This document shows, one piece after another, positions 26,822 to 35,928 of a DNA stretch of 48,693 nt. The position numbers were made by a program, and so were the translations under genes. The notes beneath the pieces were generated by a model. That model searched no databases, was not told the origin of the DNA, and worked only from the letters and a program-made list of their open reading frames with translations. The stretch covers positions 1-48,693 of the forward strand of contig CAYUNZ010000002.1 in the NCBI GenBank assembly GCA_964446205.1. Direction: 5' to 3'. Numbering within the stretch: position 1 is the stretch's first letter; every line of letters begins with the position of its first letter. This stretch comes from an uncultured Desulfohalobiaceae bacterium. Lineage in GTDB: Bacteria > Desulfobacterota > Desulfovibrionia > Desulfovibrionales > Desulfothermaceae.

Positions 26822-28438
26822 CTATAAAGATTCTTTAGTTATTTCCTCTTTAATAGTCTGTCTGAGTTTAAAACGTTGGTACTTCCCAGTGGTAGTTTTG
26901 GGCAGCTCAGGGATAAAACGGAATTGTGCAGGCACCTTGAAACCTGGCAACTCTTTTCTAATATGTTCTTTGAGTTTCTCTTCCAGTTCCTGAGTATTTT
27001 CAACTTCGTCTAGCAGTACCACAAAGGCCATTGGTTTCTCAAGCCCATCATGATCTTTGAATCCAATAACAGCACTTTCAAGAACAGCTCCATGCTTCAT
27101 GATGACATTTTCTATCTCCACAGGCATGACCCATTCACCTCTTGATTTAAAGGCATCATCTAACCTGCCTGAATACCAATAATAACCGTCTTCATCAATG
27201 TAGAAAAGATCTTCAGTATTAAACCATTGTCCTAGGCATTGTTTTCGAGTCTTTTCTTTTTTATTCCAAAAACCTAAAGTTGTGCTTTCTCCTTTAACCC
27301 ATAATGTTCCCATTTCACCCCTTGGTAAAGTATTGCCTTCTTCATCCACAATTTTTGCTTCATAACCAGGACAGGGCCATCCCGTACTGCCACCTCTGAC
27401 TTGGCCTGGCCGGGGGGAAATATAGATGTGAAGCACTTCTGTACTGCCTATTCCATCCAGTATTTCCACTCCAAACTTGTTCTTCCAACGTTCGAACAGG
27501 ACCTGTGGCAAATGTTCTCCTGCAGAAGAGCAAAGTCTTAAATTACTAAGATCGTATTTTTTTTCTAATTCTGGAATAGCAAGGGCGGCTGCATAGAATG
27601 TGGGTACACCAAAAAACCAGGTTACTTTATATCGCTCAGCTGCTGCTAGGACAGATTCTGGACTGGGTACCTCAGGATACATAACAGTAGATCCGCCGAC
27701 ATAAAAAGGGAAGAAGAGGCTGTTTCCGAGTCCAGAAGTATGGAAAAGTTTGGGCACTGATAAGCACACATCGCTTTCCTTGATATCCAAAATTGATCTA
27801 GCATAACTTTCACAACAATAAAGCCAATCTTGGTGATGATGTATAACTCCTTTTGGTTCTCCAGTACTTCCAGAAGTATAAGCCCAAAAAGCTGGTTCAT
27901 CCCTGTCAGTTTCGCTTGGTTCCAATTTAGCAGAAGCTGAAGACATGAGTTCATCTAAGTTCATGTATTCAGAAGAGGATTCACCAACAACTATAATTTG
28001 TTGTAAAAATTTGAGCTGTGGTTTTATCTTTTCTATCATTTCCAAAAGATCTTCAGAGACGATCACAACTTTAGCCCGACTATCATTTATCATATATTCT
28101 TGATATTGTTCAGGAAGTCTTGAATTTACCGGTACCGGGACTGCAGCTATCTTCATGGCACCCAATATTGAATAGACTAGAGAAGGTGAATCCGGTAAGA
28201 TCAAAAAAATCCTGTTTTCCCGTTCTACATTCAGGCTCTTTAATACATTTCCAAGTTTATTGGTTTTTTCATACACTTCATTGTAAGTAATTTCTTTTTG
28301 GCCATAATATATGGCTACCTTATCACCTTTGCCTTCCTCAATATGCCGGTCCAAAAACGTAGTGGTGCAATTATAAGTCTTGGGTACATCCATCTTGTAA
28401 TATCCGGCAGGGAATTCATGTGCGGAATGCGTTATCAT
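26822..28438 (-). CDS. AMP-forming aryl/acyl-CoA ligase (benzoate-CoA ligase family)
   Basis: 538 aa with a GGAGGTG RBS and the AMP-binding motif YTSGSTGEPKG. Size and N-terminus are typical of aromatic-acid CoA ligases. Lies directly upstream of, and co-directional with, the Liv-type transporter genes. Confidence 0.75.
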   Translation of the reverse strand: MITHSAHEFPAGYYKMDVPKTYNCTTTFLDRHIEEGKGDKVAIYYGQKEITYNEVYEKTNKLGNVLKSLNVERENRIFLILPDSPSLVYSILGAMKIAAVPVPVNSRLPEQYQEYMINDSRAKVVIVSEDLLEMIEKIKPQLKFLQQIIVVGESSSEYMNLDELMSSASAKLEPSETDRDEPAFWAYTSGSTGEPKGVIHHHQDWLYCCESYARSILDIKESDVCLSVPKLFHTSGLGNSLFFPFYVGGSTVMYPEVPSPESVLAAAERYKVTWFFGVPTFYAAALAIPELEKKYDLSNLRLCSSAGEHLPQVLFERWKNKFGVEILDGIGSTEVLHIYISPRPGQVRGGSTGWPCPGYEAKIVDEEGNTLPRGEMGTLWVKGESTTLGFWNKKEKTRKQCLGQWFNTEDLFYIDEDGYYWYSGRLDDAFKSRGEWVMPVEIENVIMKHGAVLESAVIGFKDHDGLEKPMAFVVLLDEVENTQELEEKLKEHIRKELPGFKVPAQFRFIPELPKTTTGKYQRFKLRQTIKEEITKESL

Positions 28439-28673
28439 AAATACAACACCTCCATATTGAGATTAATACAATACCATCTTTTTATCTTTGATTCCAATTT
28501 CAAATTTTAAGATACTGTAATAATTTAATATTACCTTCAAATAAGACTAAAGCCTTTCTCCCAGAATTCAACAATACCCGAAATAAACAAACGTTTGATA
28601 GATTATATATTGATTCCTTTAATATGAAAGATTAAAGCCTTTGTCAAGCCAATTTTATGATGAACCTGATTCA

Positions 28674-28741
28674 CTTATTCTTATTTCTTTGGTCAACGGT
28701 CAACGGTTAACGGTCAACATTCTTTTCATGTTTACCAAAGC
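28674..28741 (+). repeat. Heptamer-array repeat, copy E (right half only, forward)
   Basis: CTTATTCTTATTTCTTT, then GGTCAAC GGTCAAC GGTTAAC GGTCAAC (28691-28718), then ATTCTTTTCATGTTTACC. Its reverse complement matches the left terminus of copy A. Confidence 0.75.
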
Positions 28742-28844
28742 TTTTTTTATTGATTTAAATTGTTTTTCAGTTTAAAATCTTGGATAAGAGTTTATTTTTG
28801 GGATTGTTTGACTGGAAATTTATTATTGGCAAAAGAGTTGTGGT

Positions 28845-29702
28845 ATGAGCAATATTGAGGTTCTGCAAAAAATTAGAAATATTCGGGAACTACCGGCACT
28901 ACCAGCCGTGGCCAGCAAGGTCCTGGAAATTGCCAGTGATCAGGATTCAACAGCCAAAGAGCTAAGTAAGGTCATATCCCAGGATCAATCATTGACCACC
29001 AGGACATTGAAATTGGTTAATTCAGCCTATTACGGATTTCCCCGGACAGTTAGTAAAATAACCGAAGCTGTAGTTATCCTTGGTTTTAATACTGTCAAGA
29101 ACTTAGCCTTATCTGTCTCTGTCTGTAACTTTTTTGGTGGTGGTCAAGGTGATTTTGACCGGAAACGACTTTGGGAACATTCGGTTGGTGCTGCGGTTGC
29201 TGCTACCATACTGGCCAAAAAGGCTATGATGAAATCCTTTATTGAGGATCTTTTTGTAAGTGGTCTACTACACGACATTGGTCTTATTATTGAAGATCAA
29301 TATTTCCATGAGCAGTTTTTACAGGCCCTTGCTATGTCAGAAAACAAAAATATACCTATTGAAATAGCCGAAAGAGACATACTTGGTATAGATCATGCTA
29401 TGATTGGTAAAAAGATTGGCGAGACATGGAAGCTGCCATCAAAGATCAATAATATTATTGGCTTCCATCATCAACCGCAGTATGCCAATGGGGAAACCAA
29501 AAAAGAGACCTCTGTTATTTATATTGCTGATCTTGTTTGTAAGTTACAGGGATTTGGCTTTGATGGTGACCAGGTAGTCCCGACTCTGAGAAAAGAGCCA
29601 TTTACTGTTCTAGGTATCTCTAAGGAAGAGTTGAAAGAGATAACCAAAGAGTTTGAGGTAGATATTGAAAAAGCCCAAGACTTTCTTGAACTTATCAGGT
29701 AA
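28845..29702 (+). CDS. HDOD domain signalling protein
   Basis: 285 aa. Has the N-terminal LPALPAVASKVLEI motif and an HD-like GLLHDIGL motif, both typical of HDOD. Confidence 0.8.
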   Translation: MSNIEVLQKIRNIRELPALPAVASKVLEIASDQDSTAKELSKVISQDQSLTTRTLKLVNSAYYGFPRTVSKITEAVVILGFNTVKNLALSVSVCNFFGGGQGDFDRKRLWEHSVGAAVAATILAKKAMMKSFIEDLFVSGLLHDIGLIIEDQYFHEQFLQALAMSENKNIPIEIAERDILGIDHAMIGKKIGETWKLPSKINNIIGFHHQPQYANGETKKETSVIYIADLVCKLQGFGFDGDQVVPTLRKEPFTVLGISKEELKEITKEFEVDIEKAQDFLELIR

Positions 29703-29707
29703 CAAAC

Positions 29708-31492
29708 ATGAATGATGCCTTAGATAGATTGATAGACAACTTAGAATTTAAGGATGAGCTAGATAGTAATCAACCCATAGAAATATCTTCATACAATATA
29801 GATATCTGTGCCTACATAAAGGAAATCTTTGAAAAAGTGTCCATGTCTGTTGATATAGAAGCTACCTTGAACATTGTCATGGATATCCTCAATGAATATT
29901 TGTCGCCAGAAAAGAGTTTTGTACTGCCTGTTGGCGGAGATATCATTCTAGAAAGAAATTTGAGTTCTTTCTCAAATGATTATGTAAAGAGATTAGAAAA
30001 TGAAGGTGTTCTTGATTGGGTCCAGGTAGAAGGTAAACAAACATTTAAGCTAGTTGGAGATCGCAAGGTAGCAGTAGCCCCTTTGAATAGTGAATCCAAT
30101 TTTTTGGGATTTCTTATTCTTGTATTCAATGATCTTGAAATTACACCAAAATTGACGGATTTTGTTTATATATCCTCTCAGATCTTTTCGGTCTTTTTTT
30201 CCAAAAAGGCTATTTATCGGGAGTTGATTGAAAAAAGTGATAACCTGGAGGTCAAGGTATCTGAGATAAAAGGGCTTTATCAGGAGTTATTGATTGTACA
30301 TGAGTTTGTTAATCAGGTTGGTTCAATATTTGATGAGCATAGACTGTTTGTCAAATTAATAGATATGTGTAGCCGGGCTTTGGATATTGATCAAGGCTTT
30401 GTACTACACTATGACCAAAAAAACTTTCAAATGCAGGTCACAGTTGATACAAATACAAATCTAATTGGTAAAGACATTGATCCGACTGATTATATAAGTT
30501 TTTTCAACCAGGACAATCAGGTGGTCAGTTCCAAACAGGTTGACCTTTCTGCTCTGAAAAGAAGCTTACAATTACAATCTATATTTGCAGCTCCGGTTTT
30601 TCTGGACAATAGCCTCTATGCTCTTGTGATTTTGAGTGAACGTAAGACTAACAAACCATATTCAGAACAGGATGAGAGAATACTGCTGTCCTTGACCAGA
30701 CAAGCAGGTAACAGTCTATACAACATAAGACTGCATGAGCATCTTATTGAAAAAGAAAAAATCGACAGAGATCTCGAGTTGGCCAGTAATATACAGCTAA
30801 GCCTGTTACCCAAACAGCCTCCCCAGATGGAAGGTCTTGACATTGATACATTTTTCAAGCCTGTAAAGCAGGTTGGTGGTGACTATTACGATTTTTATCA
30901 AACAGATAATTATACTTCCTGGTTCTTTATCGGTGATGTTTCTGGTAAGGGTATATCTGCAGCCATACTTATGGCCACCTTGCGAAGCATGTTGAAATCT
31001 GAAATGAGAAAGTCAGGAGATAACCCGGGTTATCTCCTGACTGGTTTAAACAATTTGTTGTGCCCAGACATATATGAAGGCAAGTTCATCACCTTTTTAG
31101 CTGGGGAACTAGATATCCAAAGAGAAAGGATCGTTTTTTCCAATGCTGGTCATCTGCCCATGCTGATATATAGAAGGCAAGAGGACCTTGTTGAGTCCTT
31201 CCAGGCCATGGAAATGCCCCTGGGCATAACAGACAAACTCATTTATCCCTCACAAATCATCTATTTTAAAAAGGGTGATATTTTGCTTCTTTATACCGAC
31301 GGAATAAATGAGGCCAAGAATGTCCAAAAAGAGGAGTTTGGCTTGGACAGGCTAACCCAATTATTAAAGGAAGCTAGCAGGGATCATTCCCAAAAGATAA
31401 TTCAAGATATTCTTAAGGCAGTAAGAGATTTTACCGGGGATATACCTCAATATGATGATCTAAGCTTGATGGTGATCAAAAGAGATAAATGA
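29708..31492 (+). CDS. GAF-domain PP2C (SpoIIE/RsbU-type) serine phosphatase
   Basis: 594 aa. The C-terminal PP2C/SpoIIE motifs are GGDYYDF, IGDVSGKGISAA, LYTDGINE and DDLSLMVI. The N-terminal region contains GAF-like segments. Confidence 0.8.
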   Translation: MNDALDRLIDNLEFKDELDSNQPIEISSYNIDICAYIKEIFEKVSMSVDIEATLNIVMDILNEYLSPEKSFVLPVGGDIILERNLSSFSNDYVKRLENEGVLDWVQVEGKQTFKLVGDRKVAVAPLNSESNFLGFLILVFNDLEITPKLTDFVYISSQIFSVFFSKKAIYRELIEKSDNLEVKVSEIKGLYQELLIVHEFVNQVGSIFDEHRLFVKLIDMCSRALDIDQGFVLHYDQKNFQMQVTVDTNTNLIGKDIDPTDYISFFNQDNQVVSSKQVDLSALKRSLQLQSIFAAPVFLDNSLYALVILSERKTNKPYSEQDERILLSLTRQAGNSLYNIRLHEHLIEKEKIDRDLELASNIQLSLLPKQPPQMEGLDIDTFFKPVKQVGGDYYDFYQTDNYTSWFFIGDVSGKGISAAILMATLRSMLKSEMRKSGDNPGYLLTGLNNLLCPDIYEGKFITFLAGELDIQRERIVFSNAGHLPMLIYRRQEDLVESFQAMEMPLGITDKLIYPSQIIYFKKGDILLLYTDGINEAKNVQKEEFGLDRLTQLLKEASRDHSQKIIQDILKAVRDFTGDIPQYDDLSLMVIKRDK

Positions 31493-31574
31493 TGCCTATA
31501 CACAAAAGGTTTGGAGGCGGTCAATCGCTTTTTGGGTTAAAGTTAAGGTAAACAACACCCCAGTTTGCCATGGA

Positions 31575-33146
31575 TTACTTTATAGCAGTCTGATTGTTGC
31601 CAATCTCATCACTTATAAAACAAAAGACTTGTTTAATGTGTCCATGCTCGTTGTATTCTGTAGTGGCAGACAGATTAACATCCAAGACTTGACCTGATCT
31701 GGTTAGCATCTGAATGCCAATTTTTTTTATCCAACCTTGCTCATAAAATGCTGGTAAAATCTCCTCAATCATATTTTCCCTTGAATCAGGGGATAAAAAA
31801 TCAAGAAAAGGTTTGCCAATAACTTCTCCTCTATTGTAGTCCAACTTTTCCAGCCAACAGTCACTAACTGTTATCATTCTGCCATGAGAATCTACAGATT
31901 GGAGCATGGCCGGTGTCTTATTATAGAGGATACGATGTTTTTCCTCGCTTTCTTTCAAAACCCTTTTTATCATTCTTTGTTTGGTTACGTCAGAACTTGT
32001 CCCAATGGCTCGAATCGGCTGCTGGGATATATCTCTCTCAAAAACCATAACCCGATCACGGATCCATTTGTAAGATCTGTCTCTACAGAGGATGCGGTGC
32101 TCACAGTCACAAAAATCTGTCTCTCCTTGTAAATGAGACTGCAGTTTTTCCAAGGTTTGTCTATAATCATTGGGATGGATTCTGGATTTCCATTCAGATA
32201 TGTGATCATCAAGCTCTTGTTCTGTATAACCGATCATCTCCTTCCAATGTCTGGAGAAGAAGACCTGGCCGGTAAGAATATTCCAGTCCCAGACCCCCTC
32301 TTGCGAGACTTTGAGAGCAAATTTCCATCTAAGTTCGCTCTCTGCTAAGACCTGTCTTGTATTTTCAAGCCTAGTGACGTTAAAACCAAAACGTATGATT
32401 CGAAAGACTTTTTGGTGTGTATCCAGGATAGGTACACTGCGCATCAGCCATTTTTGTCCATCAGAGGACTCAAAGTAGTGTTCCTCCTGAACCTCCTTGC
32501 TTAGCATGGCCTGCTTTACAGTGCATCTCTGACACGGTTTTTTAGCCCCTAACAAGGCCTGATAACATTTTTTGTTTACAATATTGTCGAATTCAGTCTT
32601 AAACTCTTTGGCAAGTCTGTGATTCATCCAAAGGATATTCATCTGGCTATCTAAGGAGATGACAATTGTCTCATAAAGGTTGTTTAAAATAGTTCTTTGC
32701 TCGCTCTCTATTTTTTGTAGCTTTTGTTGGAGTTGTTTTCGTCTTTGGATCTCATCACGTAATCGACGGGTCAATTCTTCTAACTCTTTAGATCTGTGGA
32801 TCATTTTTTTGGTCAAAGAATCCATCTCCTCGTCACCATTACTTTTCTGGTTTTCCAAATAATAGAGATAGTTGATGAATTGATTTGGGTTATCCTTGAT
32901 CATACGAACAATACGGTCCGGCAGCTTACCGCTAAGGGCCAAAAGGACATCGGAATTTTCATCTAATTGTCTGGCCAGGGCCAAAATCCTACTTTCACTC
33001 AGTGGGGTATGTTCACCTCTTTCCAGTTTGCTCAGATAGGAATGGTGCAGACCAACTCTTTTGGCCATACTGCGAATGGAATAGCCTGTATGCTTAGACT
33101 GCAGCTCTTGTCGCCGTTTTTTTACGTATTCTCCAAGTATTTTCAT
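31575..33146 (-). CDS. XRE-family HTH transcriptional regulator with coiled coil and multiple PAS domains
   Basis: 523 aa. N-terminal HTH_3 (YSIRSMAKRVGLHHSYLSKLERGEH), followed by a coiled coil and about three PAS-like repeats. Confidence 0.75.
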   Translation of the reverse strand: MKILGEYVKKRRQELQSKHTGYSIRSMAKRVGLHHSYLSKLERGEHTPLSESRILALARQLDENSDVLLALSGKLPDRIVRMIKDNPNQFINYLYYLENQKSNGDEEMDSLTKKMIHRSKELEELTRRLRDEIQRRKQLQQKLQKIESEQRTILNNLYETIVISLDSQMNILWMNHRLAKEFKTEFDNIVNKKCYQALLGAKKPCQRCTVKQAMLSKEVQEEHYFESSDGQKWLMRSVPILDTHQKVFRIIRFGFNVTRLENTRQVLAESELRWKFALKVSQEGVWDWNILTGQVFFSRHWKEMIGYTEQELDDHISEWKSRIHPNDYRQTLEKLQSHLQGETDFCDCEHRILCRDRSYKWIRDRVMVFERDISQQPIRAIGTSSDVTKQRMIKRVLKESEEKHRILYNKTPAMLQSVDSHGRMITVSDCWLEKLDYNRGEVIGKPFLDFLSPDSRENMIEEILPAFYEQGWIKKIGIQMLTRSGQVLDVNLSATTEYNEHGHIKQVFCFISDEIGNNQTAIK

Positions 33147-33265
33147 TTTTTTAAATTCTCCTTTGACAAAAATTAGATGGCTACTTCATAATAGACACTA
33201 CTACCAGGAAGTTTTTGAGTTAGCAATAACAAATAGCAAACTTGGTTAAAAGCCTTGGAAAGATT

Positions 33266-35191
33266 ATGAAATATATACCTCTTCAGAAAGTTGTTGATGT
33301 ATTATCCCAAAAGTTTCATCAAGAGCTACCTTCTGAATCAGAAACCCAAGAGGAAAACTCAAATCAGAGTGGCCTTTTTTGTCGTCAATGGGCTGAAAGC
33401 TTGAGCACAATGTCTCAAGATCTGTTGCAGTTTTTTGCGGATAAAGAGGAGCATTTTTTGGCTCTTGGTTCTCTTATTCAGGAGGGATATAAAGAGTCAA
33501 AAGATTTGTCTGCCTCCTCAAATCATTTAGTCAATCAAGTCAATAATGAAGATCAAAGTCAGATTATAAGAGGACTCAATCAAAAAGTACATGAAATTGA
33601 AAACTATTGGCAGGTATTTCATCCTGAAACTATTTGGAATCGGCTTAATCTACTCCACAATGTGACTTTAGATCTTGCTTCCTTATTGAGTCGCTTTGAA
33701 CGAATTGTTTTACGGCTCAAAGTCTTGTCAGTATCTACTCGTGTAGAAACGGCCAGATTGGGTCAAGAGGGAGAAGGCTTTGGCATTCTGGCACAGGATG
33801 TGAGTACATTGAATCTTCAAGCTGATGATGAAACCCAGAAGATTAAGGAAAAGACCCAATCGGTCCAGGAAGATATTCAGGTCGCTTGTCAAAAGACAGA
33901 AGTCTTGTCCCAGGAACAAGATATCGATGCACAAAATCTTATGCAGGAGATTAAACAAGGTTTGTCTCAACTAGATGATCTTCAAGGACTATCTTCACAA
34001 CTAATTGATAAGCTTTCCAGTCATACAGAGTTGATAACTGATAAGATCGGAGAAATTGTTTCCAAGATCCAATTTCATGATATTACAAGACAGCAGATTC
34101 AACATGTTAGTGAGGTTATGAATGAAGTCAAAAATGAAGTTAAGGATCATGATTACAGCCAAGAAAATTCAGAGGAAGACATAGAAATACTTTCCTGGAT
34201 TACCGATGTCTGTAAATTACAAATATCTCATATAGATGCCTCTAAAGAAGGTTTTTCTCAGGCCCTATATCATATCCGCAATAGCATAGGAGATATAATA
34301 GAGCAAATCCAAAATATTGTTTCTGATATCCAGCAGATGAGTGGGGATCAAGACGGCCATTCGGTTTTGGAAAAGATTCAGATGGATATGACTAAGGTTG
34401 TTCAGGCCTTGCGAAAGACCTCCGGAAAGTCGGATGAAGTTGTGGAAATAATGAAGGTCGTAGGTGGAGTTGTTCAAGAAATGGGGGTGTTCGTGGAGAA
34501 TATAGAGGAAGTTGGGGTGAGTATTGAACGGATCGGATTGAATGCCAGTGTTCAAGCAGCCCATATTGGAGATAACGGCCGAGCAATGGGGGTTTTGGCC
34601 GAATCTATTCACAGCCTGTCTATTGAGTCTAAAGTACAGACCCGAGAGATTACCAATTCACTGAACAAGATCATTTCTGAATCCGAGCATTTTCAATCTC
34701 AGGCCAGGGAAGCCAATGAGTTGGCTTCTAAAGAAAGTGCCTTGATTTCCGATTTTGAAAGGTTAATCAAGAGCCTTCAGCAGACCCATAATAATATACA
34801 GAGTCATTTGTCATATATTCAGGAAACCTCCAGAAATCTCATTGATAAACTGCAAAAGATAGTTGAAGACAAGGAATTGGAAAATGAGGTATTGGATCGT
34901 TTTGAAGAGGCCAAAAAAGAGATAAGAGAAATAAAGGACATGATGACCCAATATCTCCCTGAGCAGGGAGTTAAGCCCTCAGAAAGGCTCAGGTCCATAC
35001 TGGAAAAATATACTATGGAATCAGAGAGACAGGTCCATATGAAGCTCTTTGAAGAGGAAGAAGATGATATGAACCAGGACAATGTATCTTTTTTTGACAA
35101 TGAAGTGGACGACAATGTGGATCTCTTTGATGAAGATGAAGATGAGCAAAAAGAAAAGGATGCCTTGGGTGACAATGTAGAATTGTTCTAG
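33266..35191 (+). CDS. Soluble coiled-coil MCP-like protein with two signalling-tip-like motifs, a CheZ-like FxD[IL]TxQ motif and an acidic repeat tail
   Basis: No TM segment. LSVSTRVETARLGQEGEGFGILAQDVSTL and IGLNASVQAAHIGDNGRAMGVLAESIHSL each align without gaps to the MCP tip consensus [29 protein letters not shown]. Also carries FHDITRQ and a C-terminal 3x DNVx[FL]F repeat. The start could be the TTG at 33242 or the ATG at 33266. Confidence 0.6.
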   Translation: MKYIPLQKVVDVLSQKFHQELPSESETQEENSNQSGLFCRQWAESLSTMSQDLLQFFADKEEHFLALGSLIQEGYKESKDLSASSNHLVNQVNNEDQSQIIRGLNQKVHEIENYWQVFHPETIWNRLNLLHNVTLDLASLLSRFERIVLRLKVLSVSTRVETARLGQEGEGFGILAQDVSTLNLQADDETQKIKEKTQSVQEDIQVACQKTEVLSQEQDIDAQNLMQEIKQGLSQLDDLQGLSSQLIDKLSSHTELITDKIGEIVSKIQFHDITRQQIQHVSEVMNEVKNEVKDHDYSQENSEEDIEILSWITDVCKLQISHIDASKEGFSQALYHIRNSIGDIIEQIQNIVSDIQQMSGDQDGHSVLEKIQMDMTKVVQALRKTSGKSDEVVEIMKVVGGVVQEMGVFVENIEEVGVSIERIGLNASVQAAHIGDNGRAMGVLAESIHSLSIESKVQTREITNSLNKIISESEHFQSQAREANELASKESALISDFERLIKSLQQTHNNIQSHLSYIQETSRNLIDKLQKIVEDKELENEVLDRFEEAKKEIREIKDMMTQYLPEQGVKPSERLRSILEKYTMESERQVHMKLFEEEEDDMNQDNVSFFDNEVDDNVDLFDEDEDEQKEKDALGDNVELF

Positions 35192-35208
35192 ATAATGGAG
35201 GATGCAAG

Positions 35209-35550
35209 ATGAATATCACCAACCCTGATCCTGAAACAAAACGGATTGAACTTCAAGGGGAATGTTCAGTGGAATTTTCTTCTGAGCTTAGTAGTCAACT
35301 CCTTGATGGTTTTAAAAATTATTCTCACTTAGAGCTAAGTCTTAATCAGATTACAGAAGCAGATCTTACTATTATCCAGCTTTTATGTTCTGCTCATAAA
35401 AGCTCTCAATCTGGTAGTAAGGATATTCGAATAGTTGATCAGGTGCCTGATTCTGTAAGTAATACAATGCTTCGGGCTGGTTATTTTTTATGTTGTCAGA
35501 GATGTCCTGTCAAAACATGTTTTCTCAGGGAGGCTTTGTCCGATGAGTAA
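35209..35550 (+). CDS. STAS-domain (anti-sigma-antagonist-like) protein
   Basis: 113 aa with a GGAGGA RBS. Has the STAS-like pattern ELQGECSVEFSSEL...LELSLNQITEADLTIIQLL. Overlaps the cheY start by 8 nt. Confidence 0.6.
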   Translation: MNITNPDPETKRIELQGECSVEFSSELSSQLLDGFKNYSHLELSLNQITEADLTIIQLLCSAHKSSQSGSKDIRIVDQVPDSVSNTMLRAGYFLCCQRCPVKTCFLREALSDE

Positions 35551-35905
35551 GAAAATTATGACTGTGGATGACTCCCCTAGTGTACGTCAAATGGTCAGCT
35601 TTACTTTGCAGGATGCCGGATATGAGGTCGTTGAGGCCTCAGACGGTCAAGATGCTTTAGACAAACTTCAAGGTCAGGTAGATATGATTATTACTGATCT
35701 AAATATGCCCAATATGGATGGTATTGAGCTTATTAAAAATGTCCGGGGGAATGCCGACTATAAGTTTATTCCTATTGTCATGTTGACTACCGAATCTCAG
35801 GATTCCAAGAAAAAAGAAGGCAAGGAAGCCGGAGCTACTGGATGGATTGTCAAGCCTTTTAAGCCGCCACAAATTTTGGGAGTCGTCCAGAAGCTTTTGA
35901 AATAA
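35543..35905 (+). CDS. cheY: Chemotaxis response regulator CheY
   Basis: 120 aa single REC domain with DDS, phospho-acceptor IITDLNMP, and VKPF. Confidence 0.85.
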   Translation: MSKKIMTVDDSPSVRQMVSFTLQDAGYEVVEASDGQDALDKLQGQVDMIITDLNMPNMDGIELIKNVRGNADYKFIPIVMLTTESQDSKKKEGKEAGATGWIVKPFKPPQILGVVQKLLK

Positions 35906-35928
35906 TTTGTTAAGGGTTGGAGGTTATA

